The notes under the pieces: model-generated
Databases searched by the model: none
What the model was told of the DNA's origin: nothing
What the model saw: the letters and a program-made list of their open reading frames with translations, nothing else
Shown here: piece after piece, positions 40,213 to 48,164 of the stretch
How positions within the stretch are numbered: position 1 is the first letter of the stretch
Layout: each line of letters starts with the position of its first letter
DNA from: Planctomycetota bacterium
GTDB lineage: Bacteria > Planctomycetota > UBA8108 > SXIK01
Direction of reading: 5' to 3'
NCBI GenBank assembly: GCA_965223265.1
Contig: OZ244999.1
Span: 1,344,001-1,408,000 of the forward strand
Length of the DNA: 64,000 nucleotides
Program-made: the position numbers and the translations under genes

Positions 40213-40304
40213 TCACTTTCGTTACGACTCACTCGCGGCGCGGTTTTTCGTCCTGGAAGCGCGCGCCGGATTCTGGGTTGATCCGTGTCTCGGTTCGTCC
40301 GTGA
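40209..40304 (+). CDS. Putative 31-aa small ORF, translationally coupled at both ends
   Basis: ATGA overlap with the GT stop and GTGA overlap with the GNAT start; MITFVTTHSRRGFSSWKRAPDSGLIRVSVRP. Confidence 0.35.
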   Translation: MITFVTTHSRRGFSSWKRAPDSGLIRVSVRP

Positions 40305-41320
40305 TCACGCTGACGTGCGAGGTGAGTTTCGATTTCGACTCACTGGAGTATCGACATCTTCTTCGCCGCGCACAGACGACGGCGTTTCAACAGCCTGACT
40401 GGTTGACCGCGTTCTATCGACACCTTGTCGAGTCGCCAGATGTGGAGCCCGCCATCGTTGTTGCACGGACAAGTGAGTCCAGGGAGCTTGTCGCGCTGCT
40501 TCCAATGTTGAAGCGGAGGGTGGGCGAGGCCATCCTCGTCGAGTACGCCTTTCAAGGCGTTACGGATTACGCCTGTCCGATCGTCGCGACGGAAGCGATC
40601 TCGGAGTTGAAACATTCGAACGAGGCGCGGCTTCGATTGCAAAAAATCTTCGGCGATCACGACGTGCTTCGCATCGAGCCGGTGAGACAAGAAGACGTAA
40701 GCATGTGGGGAGGACTTCTCGGCGCAGATCCTGAGTCGCTCGACTTTGGCGCGCATTCAGTTCAGTTCTCAGTACCTTTTCGTCAATGGCGATCTCAGAA
40801 TCTAGGTCCAATCTGGAGAAGTCAATTGGATCGCAAGGGGAGGAGACTGGCTGACAGGGGAGAGGTTAACTTACGGATCGTCTCTGCGGACGAAGCTCGC
40901 GCGGCTCTGAGTCTCGCACGGGAATTCCGTGAAGGTCGTTTCGTGAATGACCCACTGCAGACGGACGAGGGGTTCAGGTTCTACACCCAAGTCGCGGCGC
41001 GTGGCGCGAAATCGGGTTTCGCACGTACCTACCAGATGACATGTGGTGACCGCGTTGTCGCGATCGCTTTTGGGATTGTCGTCGAAAAGCAGTTTTGCTA
41101 TCTGATTCTTGGGTGTGACTATGAAACCTACGCTCGGCACTCGCCCGGACTACTCATGCTCGACCGGATGATGGAGGAGTGGGCGTCCGTCGGGGGGCGA
41201 CTGTTCGATTTCACAATCGGGGATGAGCCGTTCAAGAGTGTCTTTCGCTGTCAACGCAGGAAAATGTATCGACTGGTTCGGGCCAACACGCGGCGCGGTG
41301 TCGAGTTGATTCGAGGGTAA
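40301..41320 (+). CDS. GNAT-fold acyltransferase, CelD/BcsL (Acetyltransf_6) type
   Basis: TAFQQPDWL, GVTDYACPI, YARHSPGLLML, FDFTIGDEPFK. Confidence 0.85.
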   Translation: MITLTCEVSFDFDSLEYRHLLRRAQTTAFQQPDWLTAFYRHLVESPDVEPAIVVARTSESRELVALLPMLKRRVGEAILVEYAFQGVTDYACPIVATEAISELKHSNEARLRLQKIFGDHDVLRIEPVRQEDVSMWGGLLGADPESLDFGAHSVQFSVPFRQWRSQNLGPIWRSQLDRKGRRLADRGEVNLRIVSADEARAALSLAREFREGRFVNDPLQTDEGFRFYTQVAARGAKSGFARTYQMTCGDRVVAIAFGIVVEKQFCYLILGCDYETYARHSPGLLMLDRMMEEWASVGGRLFDFTIGDEPFKSVFRCQRRKMYRLVRANTRRGVELIRG

Positions 41321-41367
41321 GCGACGACGTCGACTGAACGAGGATAGTTGATCGAGAGCGACGAAGA

Positions 41368-42180
41368 ATGGACGAACGTGCGGAGACAAACGAGGGTGCG
41401 CTGCGGAACTCACTCTTGGTTGTTGCGCACCCTGACGACGAAGTCCTTTGGTTCGGTTCGCTGCTTGACGAGATCGATCAAGTCGTCATCGTCTTCTGCG
41501 ATGACGACGCGGTGCCGGGCCTCGGTGCGCGACGTCAGCGGGCGATTGGCGAACTCCCGTTCTCTGTCACCTGCTTAGGAATCCCCGAAGCTGGGTCGTA
41601 CCAGCTTGCGAACTGGGGGCAACCCATCGTGTCGCCGGCTGGGCTCGCGTTGGAGCCAACCCCAGCTGTCGACGTCAATCGCGTATATGAACAGAACTTC
41701 GTTTTCATTCGAGCCGCTCTCGCGAAGAGATGTTCCCCAGACATGAACGTGTTCACACACAATCCTTGGGGGGAGTACGGTCACGAGGATCACGTCCAGG
41801 TGTTTCGAGCGCTTGAGAGCCTCGGAGCGGAGGTCGGGTTCAACCTGTGCGTGTCCACCTACATTTCGAGCCGTGCAGCGCCTCTGGCGGAACTCTACGC
41901 GTCGGACGAAACGACCGAGACGATCCATCGCGTCGTTGACCCCTGGAGGGTGAACCAGATCGCTGACATCTACAAGCGGCACGATTGCTGGACGTGGGCC
42001 GACGATTGGGTCTGGAACGAATCAGAACACTTTGTCGGCTGCCCGACTTTGCGCGCCGCCGGCGTCCCAAAAACGGGGCCCCCGAACATGCGATGGTTGC
42101 AGCAGATCCCCTCGTGCGTCGAGGCTCGGTTGCCGGCGCCGAAGGGCAATCCCCCTGGTCCGCCATCGCTGCCGTTCTGA
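41368..42180 (+). CDS. PIG-L/LmbE family N-acetylglucosaminyl deacetylase-like protein
   Basis: LVVAHPDDEVLWFG and THNPWGEYGHEDH zinc/catalytic motifs. Confidence 0.82.
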   Translation: MDERAETNEGALRNSLLVVAHPDDEVLWFGSLLDEIDQVVIVFCDDDAVPGLGARRQRAIGELPFSVTCLGIPEAGSYQLANWGQPIVSPAGLALEPTPAVDVNRVYEQNFVFIRAALAKRCSPDMNVFTHNPWGEYGHEDHVQVFRALESLGAEVGFNLCVSTYISSRAAPLAELYASDETTETIHRVVDPWRVNQIADIYKRHDCWTWADDWVWNESEHFVGCPTLRAAGVPKTGPPNMRWLQQIPSCVEARLPAPKGNPPGPPSLPF

Positions 42181-42232
42181 TGTCGCGTTCGTCGAGAACA
42201 CTCTTTTCGATCATTTTGCAAGCGGAGGTTCG

Positions 42233-43621
42233 ATGAAACTTGAGTATGCCAAAGCCTCGACCATCGATCCGAAATCGACTTTCACGTTCTCTCAAAAGCG
42301 AATGATTCTCACGTTCAGCGCGGTACAAGGAGCGAGGTTTCTTACCTTGCGGGCGACTGATGCATGGTTACGACAGAGCTTTGGCGCGGCAAATTCTTCC
42401 CGACGTCGCTTCTGCCAGCTTGCTATGCTGTGTTTTCTGTTTGCAGCATGCGAGACGCCAACGACACCAGATCCCACTCTCAGCCCCACGACGCATCGAT
42501 TCGAGAACCGTGACGCGTGGAAACTCGAGAACGACCGCTTGCGGATTTCGATTCTGCATGGAGGTGGGCACATCGCGGAGGTCGTGCTCAAGGGCGATGT
42601 GGCAGATTCCGTCAATCCTTTGTGGGTGCCCCCGTGGCCATCGATCGAACCGTGGACCTTCGACGTCGAGAGACACGGGCGGGTCTATGGCACCAACGCT
42701 GAAGCCTCACTTCTCTCTGGGATCATGGGGCACAACCTATGTTTTGATTTCTGGGGCACTCCGTCTGCAGCCGAGTCTCGAGCCGGAATCGCCTATCACG
42801 GCGAAGCCTCGATCCTGAGAGCCGAGATGTTGACGAGGGAAGAGAACTCGTTGACGCATCGGCTGAGTCTTAAAGAGTCCGGCACTTCCATCACGAGGAC
42901 GATGACGCTGGTCCCTGGCCAGTCTGTACTCTACGTCGAAGAGACGGCCGAGAATCACACCAGCCTCGACAGGCCGTTTGGTTGGGTCCAGCACGCGACG
43001 TTCGGGCCTCCTTTCGTGCATCCCGAGACGGTGTACTTCGACGCGTCCGCGACGCACGGCGACCTTGGAGGAGACACATTTGAACCTTTAGGCACGTGGC
43101 CCGTAGGTTCACCGTCGGACGGCCAGGAGGATTACCGCCGTTTTTCCCCGGAATCTCCGAGTTCGAAGATGGCCTACTTCTTGATGGATCCGGGACGAGA
43201 ACTTCAGTTCGTCACGGCGCTCAGCACCGAGTTCAATTTGCTCATTGGCTATCTCTTTTGGCGCAGTGAGTACCCATGGATGATGGTTTGGGAGGAGAAT
43301 CGCCAGCTCCAAGCGCCACCGTGGAACGGCGAGACGATCACCCGGGGGATGGAGTTCGGCAACACTCGCATCCCGGGCAGTGCTCGACAGTATTTCAAGA
43401 GACCGGAGCTCTATGCTACACCAACTTTCGGGTGGCTGGATGCGAGGGCGCAAGTGACGAAGCGCTATGCACTGTTTCTTGTTGAGATCCCGGCAGGGAT
43501 GACGGGAGTGCGCGACGTGCAGTTGGAGGGAGCGGTCATCGTCGTCGACGCTCAAGGTGTTTCCGAACGGCTGCGGATTCCTTTCGATCCACATCGCTTT
43601 CCTCGTCCTTCGTCAGACTGA
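42233..43621 (+). CDS. Galactose-mutarotase-fold (aldose 1-epimerase/DUF4432-like) putative lipoprotein
   Basis: LENDRLRISILHGGGHIA, GHNLC, YHGEAS, WVQHATFGPPF, RGMEFG; lipobox-like LFAAC; true start uncertain. Confidence 0.7.
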   Translation: MKLEYAKASTIDPKSTFTFSQKRMILTFSAVQGARFLTLRATDAWLRQSFGAANSSRRRFCQLAMLCFLFAACETPTTPDPTLSPTTHRFENRDAWKLENDRLRISILHGGGHIAEVVLKGDVADSVNPLWVPPWPSIEPWTFDVERHGRVYGTNAEASLLSGIMGHNLCFDFWGTPSAAESRAGIAYHGEASILRAEMLTREENSLTHRLSLKESGTSITRTMTLVPGQSVLYVEETAENHTSLDRPFGWVQHATFGPPFVHPETVYFDASATHGDLGGDTFEPLGTWPVGSPSDGQEDYRRFSPESPSSKMAYFLMDPGRELQFVTALSTEFNLLIGYLFWRSEYPWMMVWEENRQLQAPPWNGETITRGMEFGNTRIPGSARQYFKRPELYATPTFGWLDARAQVTKRYALFLVEIPAGMTGVRDVQLEGAVIVVDAQGVSERLRIPFDPHRFPRPSSD

Positions 43622-43698
43622 CTTGGCAGCAGTCCCCGTGACGGTCATGTTCGGAGCGATCTGGCGCTCGGCCGTTCATACCGAACGTGTGGAGGAGG

Positions 43699-46218
43699 TT
43701 ACTGCGTCAACTTCAGCGGCACGCGCGCCAAGTAGATGTCCGCTGCGTCTTTGGATCGAAACTCGCCCTCGTACTCATGCGCGGCTCGGTGGTAGACGAT
43801 CAGCAGGTCGTCACCGTCGCGAACGGCGGCAGCATAGGAGCTGTCATGGTTACCGTCGAGTGCTCCGAGTTGGCAGTAGGGGTGCAGCCGTCCGTTCTCG
43901 TACGTGTAGACCATCGTCGCTTGCTTGACGTTGACTGTGCCAGTCGAGGACGGTGGGCGCGCTGCCGCTGGATCGAGCGGCGGGTCATAGGCGAGCAGTC
44001 GTGAGATGACGTATATGACGCCGTCGAACGTGTAGGCTGCGTGTCCGGAAAGATGGACCTCCGCCGGACGTTCTTGCCATTTGGCATAGGGTGGTTCCGA
44101 CACCAGGATTGCTCCGCCCACCGTCGCTTGGCACCGCAAGAACGCGGTCAGCTGACCACTCGGTTCGAAGAGCAGTGTCGTTTCGCTTTCCCCCTGACCG
44201 GATCTGATGGTGGAGATCCTGTGCCAATCGATACCGTCCGACGAGGTCACGAGGTGCGAGGAACGCGCAGTGTTAGGGCCCGGCCGGTGTGCCCCGGCCC
44301 AATACCTTCCAGCATGTTGGATCGGCTTCCACAAAATGAATCCTGGCTCGAGGATCGTCTGCGGAGTGCTCCAGGCCTGGCCGTCGCCGGTGTGAGTGAC
44401 GGACACATCAAATCGTCGCTCTTCGAACAAGCTATTGGTGTAGAGAAACAGCTTGTCCGCAGTGACGAGAAACTGCGCATCTCGGTCGTCGCCGGAGATG
44501 TCCATTCGCAGAATCTCCGTCCATTTGTGTGTGTCGGCCGATCGCAGCACGATCATGTCACCGTCACGCGCGACGTGCCCTGTCGCTTTGCGAAACGCGA
44601 GCCAGTAGTGACCTTTCCATTTCACAAAAGCTGCGAACGCATTGTGCCGCCCGTCTGAGACAACCTTGCGAACATTCGAAGGTTCTATCAGACCGTTTTG
44701 CTTCGCGCTCTGCTTCAAGGCGCGTTGAAGGAGATTTTGCGTGATCTGCTGGACGCGTGCGTCAGGCCCATGTGGGCGACTCCAATGGGACCAGGGGAGC
44801 GTGTGACCCGGCGGCGAGCTGAGCCCTTGAGCCCAGAAGATGGTCGCGGCGTTGAAAACGAAATTGTCCTTGGGGCCAGGATAGACCGTCGCGGTCCAGC
44901 GCTGGGGACGCTCGCCGCCGACAAACGCGGTGCCAGCCGCCACCACTTCCAATCCGGCGATGTCGGCGGGTGCGCCGTGGTACTCCCAGCCAACAAGCCC
45001 CGGAATCCGGTCGCCGCGTTTGACGTCCGCGCCGGCGAAGATCCAGTGGTCGGGTCGCTCGATGATCCAGTCCCCACCGCCGTTGACCGGTTCGACATTG
45101 CGAGCGCCCATCAGCAGGCCTTCGTCCGGTCCGCGTTCTGAGAACGGACCGAAGTTGCGCTCGCGCTCGAGGGCGTAGTCGTTGTTCGCACCGTACGGCC
45201 CAGCTCGAGAGAAGATGCGATGCGGGCGGCCGTTGCCGCTGGGGCGGAGCGGCGCAACCCAGCAAACGGAGTTTCCCGACAAGAAGAGCAAGCTGACGCC
45301 AGCGTCGCGCATCTGCTCGACTGAGCGAAACTGGCGGATGTCCCAGTACTCGTCGTGTCCGACACTGATGAATGCCTTACACTTCAAACCTCGTTCCGGC
45401 GTGAGTAGGTCGCTGTTGGAGCAGTAGGTTACGTCGTAGCCGTGTTGTTCGAGCCAGAAAGCGAGCGGGAACTCGAACGGCAAAAACTCTCCCGAGCCGA
45501 ACGTTAGCGGGTCGTTGACGACGCCGATGTGTTGGGCTTCGCGTCCGTACGGCCGTTCGAAGCTCACATCTGCCCATGGTCCTTGTGTTCCGTTCGGATG
45601 GGTGTAGAGGGAGTAGTGATTCGGCCAGCGGTTGTAGGCCTGCCAAGTGTTGTCGGAACACTGGAATAAGATGTCAGCGGGGCGGTCGTCGCGCACGATG
45701 AAGACCACGTAACTCTGCCAGTACGGGGTGTCTTCGCTGACGGGCAGCGTTGTGAGTCGACCCAGATAGACGCCACTCAGCCAGTCGGATGGGATCGTCA
45801 GACTTGTCGTTGGCTGCCATTGGCACTCATGAACGTTCTTCGCCCCGATTTCTGGATCAGGTTGTGGAGCGCCGTCGAACGGCCCCAATTTCGTCATCAG
45901 CCGTGCACCGCGGCCGCCGTAGAATCCCATGCGGAAGATTTCGATGTGAAAGCGCTGCGGCGGATTCGCGGAGACCATGATGTCGATCGACTCTCCGGAT
46001 CGAACGCTTTGTTTGGAGCAGTAGCCTTCGATCCACGGCGTGCGAAATCCATTCCGGTCCGGTCGAACTCGCGTCAGCTGCCAGTCGGTCGTGCCTTGTT
46101 TGCGGTTCTCCGCTGCAACGAGAGTTTCCGCTCTCTGGTCCGCTGCCGCGAGTGTTGGTGACAAAGCGAAGGCCAAAAGCCACCCGCCCAGACGGATCTT
46201 CCACGAAAGGCCAGACAT
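43699..46218 (-). CDS. Secreted fusion: N,N-dimethylformamidase large-subunit-like (DUF6605) domain + sialidase/BNR-like propeller
   Basis: IEGYCSKQSV, IFRMGFYGG, NTWQAYNRW, SVGHDEYW, GLVGWEY, VFNAATIFW; then HNAFAAF, SADTHKW and SSDGIDW Asp-box-like repeats. Confidence 0.78.
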   Translation of the reverse strand: MSGLSWKIRLGGWLLAFALSPTLAAADQRAETLVAAENRKQGTTDWQLTRVRPDRNGFRTPWIEGYCSKQSVRSGESIDIMVSANPPQRFHIEIFRMGFYGGRGARLMTKLGPFDGAPQPDPEIGAKNVHECQWQPTTSLTIPSDWLSGVYLGRLTTLPVSEDTPYWQSYVVFIVRDDRPADILFQCSDNTWQAYNRWPNHYSLYTHPNGTQGPWADVSFERPYGREAQHIGVVNDPLTFGSGEFLPFEFPLAFWLEQHGYDVTYCSNSDLLTPERGLKCKAFISVGHDEYWDIRQFRSVEQMRDAGVSLLFLSGNSVCWVAPLRPSGNGRPHRIFSRAGPYGANNDYALERERNFGPFSERGPDEGLLMGARNVEPVNGGGDWIIERPDHWIFAGADVKRGDRIPGLVGWEYHGAPADIAGLEVVAAGTAFVGGERPQRWTATVYPGPKDNFVFNAATIFWAQGLSSPPGHTLPWSHWSRPHGPDARVQQITQNLLQRALKQSAKQNGLIEPSNVRKVVSDGRHNAFAAFVKWKGHYWLAFRKATGHVARDGDMIVLRSADTHKWTEILRMDISGDDRDAQFLVTADKLFLYTNSLFEERRFDVSVTHTGDGQAWSTPQTILEPGFILWKPIQHAGRYWAGAHRPGPNTARSSHLVTSSDGIDWHRISTIRSGQGESETTLLFEPSGQLTAFLRCQATVGGAILVSEPPYAKWQERPAEVHLSGHAAYTFDGVIYVISRLLAYDPPLDPAAARPPSSTGTVNVKQATMVYTYENGRLHPYCQLGALDGNHDSSYAAAVRDGDDLLIVYHRAAHEYEGEFRSKDAADIYLARVPLKLTQ

Positions 46219-46273
46219 TACGCGTTCTCCACAAGGTCGGAATCTCTTCGGAAAAACAAACTCATCAACCAGG

Positions 46274-47797
46274 TTACGATCGCGTCTCGTTCCTGTCGGT
46301 CCGCTTTTTCTGTGTCGACGTGTTGGTCGATTTGCGGCTGGCTCTCTTCCACAAAACTATGCCGTCGATGTCGTTGGTAGACTCCGCACCCGGCGTGGTG
46401 CGGCCGCTTCTGATGTCGGCTTTTAGTTGTTCGAGGAGCTGCTTGACCACGTCTGGTCTTTGTCGGTAGAGGTTTCTTCTCTCGTCGACGTCAGCGGAAA
46501 GATCGTAGAGCTGCCCTTTTGGGGCGCCGCCTTCGACCTGATCCTCTTTCGGTGACGACCATCCACCCGAGCCCCGAGCTAAGATCAGTTTCCACCTGCC
46601 GCTACGGTAGGCAAAATGTCCGCTGACCGAATGGTGGACGACGCCTTTTCTGGTGGATTCGATCGTCTGGCCGAAGAATGCCGGCAAGAAACTGACGCTG
46701 TCCTCGCAGCTGCCGGTGGGTCGATTGACCCCGAGGATGTCGGCGACTGTGGCGAAGACGTCGGTTAGACAAATCAGCTGATTGCTCGTCGTACCTGGTT
46801 CGACCTTTCCCGGCCACCGCACGATGAACGGAACGCGATGGCCTCCCTCCCAAATGTCAGCCTTTGAGCCGCGAAAGTGCGCGCTGACTTTGTGACCCTG
46901 CCTAGCGAGTGCGGGAATGTCTGCGGCTCTGGAGCAGCCGTTGTCGCTCGTGAAAATGACGAGTGTTTGGTCGGCGATGCCGTTCTCCGCGAGTGCTGTG
47001 GTGATCTGGCCAAGAGCGTGATCCGTTTGCATGACGAAGTCGCCGTACTCTCCGAGGCCGCTTTTTCCCTGCCACTCGGGTGTCGGGACGATCGGTGTGT
47101 GCGGCGAGCCGAGTGGGACATACAGAAAGAATGGTTGTTTCGCCTTTGCCCGCGCGTTGATGAAGTCGACGCTCTTTTCTATCAGGCGTGGGAGGAAGTT
47201 GATGACCTCGTCGTGTTCGATCACACGATCGTTCTCAATGATGGCCCTCATGCTGCGCGCGTGGTGGACGCCATGGAAGTAGTCAAAGCCTCGGTGGACT
47301 GGGCCGTCGGGAATCCTTGCGCCGACCGGTCCTACCCCTTTGTGCTTCTGTTTCGTGTATTCACGACCGTTGGCATCGAGGTAGCGGCAGTTCAGATGCC
47401 ACTTTCCCACGATGCCGGTGTCATATCCCTGTGATTTGAGGAAGCTCGCGATCGTCGGACGATCTTTTGCGATGAGACACGGCTCAAATCCCTGCACAAC
47501 ACCTCGCTGCAGCTTTGTTCGCCAGCTGTATCGTCCGGTCAGTAGGCCATACCGCGTTGGAGTGCATACCGACGAACCTGAGTGCGCGTCGGTGAAGATC
47601 AGGCCTTCGCGCGCGAGCCGATCAACGTGAGGCGTCTTGATGCGGCCGTGATTCGGGTTCAGGCACTGGACGTCGCCGTAGCCAAGGTCGTCGCACATGA
47701 CGAGAACGATGTTGGGCGGCGCCGCGAGAGTGGCTTGCGTGATGGCAAACGCAAGGATGCACGGGATCAACTGAGCCGAGTGCGTGAGTGTCTTCAA
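46274..47797 (-). CDS. Arylsulfatase (S1 family)
   Basis: PNIVLVMCDDLG, CTPTRYGLLTG, GKWHL, SPHTPI, FTSDNG. Start TTG 47797 follows a GGAGGAAGG RBS (ORF track gives 47911). Confidence 0.92.
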   Translation of the reverse strand: MKTLTHSAQLIPCILAFAITQATLAAPPNIVLVMCDDLGYGDVQCLNPNHGRIKTPHVDRLAREGLIFTDAHSGSSVCTPTRYGLLTGRYSWRTKLQRGVVQGFEPCLIAKDRPTIASFLKSQGYDTGIVGKWHLNCRYLDANGREYTKQKHKGVGPVGARIPDGPVHRGFDYFHGVHHARSMRAIIENDRVIEHDEVINFLPRLIEKSVDFINARAKAKQPFFLYVPLGSPHTPIVPTPEWQGKSGLGEYGDFVMQTDHALGQITTALAENGIADQTLVIFTSDNGCSRAADIPALARQGHKVSAHFRGSKADIWEGGHRVPFIVRWPGKVEPGTTSNQLICLTDVFATVADILGVNRPTGSCEDSVSFLPAFFGQTIESTRKGVVHHSVSGHFAYRSGRWKLILARGSGGWSSPKEDQVEGGAPKGQLYDLSADVDERRNLYRQRPDVVKQLLEQLKADIRSGRTTPGAESTNDIDGIVLWKRASRKSTNTSTQKKRTDRNETRS

Positions 47798-48006
47798 CGG
47801 TTTCCTTCCTCCTTGATCGGCCGAAGATGCAGCATGAAAAGGGTAGCATAGAGGAGAGAGGAAAGAACGAATGGACAGAGAGCGGGACACACGATTCGCG
47901 CTGAGTTTCATAACTGCCTAAGGCTCGGCTCGAAGAGGTTACGGCGGCGGCTACGGGCTCGATCTTCGACCGCGAATCGCTGTTTGATGCGGCTCTGAGC
48001 GTGGAC

Positions 48007-48028
48007 CTCTGTGATCTAAGTCACAGAG
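48007..48028. promoter_or_regulatory. CRP-family operator (perfect TGTGA-N6-TCACA)
   Basis: CTCTGTGA-TCTAAG-TCACAGAG with perfect 8-bp arms, in the divergent sulfatase / cytochrome c intergenic region. Confidence 0.65.
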
Positions 48029-48164
48029 ATTCTCGCTAGGAGTCGGTAGCGTGCCTGGACTCCTGGTCGAGACGCCATTGCTTCAGGATCGGCCCAACAA
48101 AAGCCCTTTTTCGGCAAAACGACCGTACAGACTCGTACCGTCGTGAAAGTGAGGAAATTGCCTC

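Noticed and set aside
38944-42180. Calling the cassette a complete aminoglycoside, mycothiol or bacillithiol gene cluster
   Set aside because: Cyclitol synthase, aminotransferases, cysteine ligase and resistance/export genes are absent from the window; only the enzyme logic is shared.
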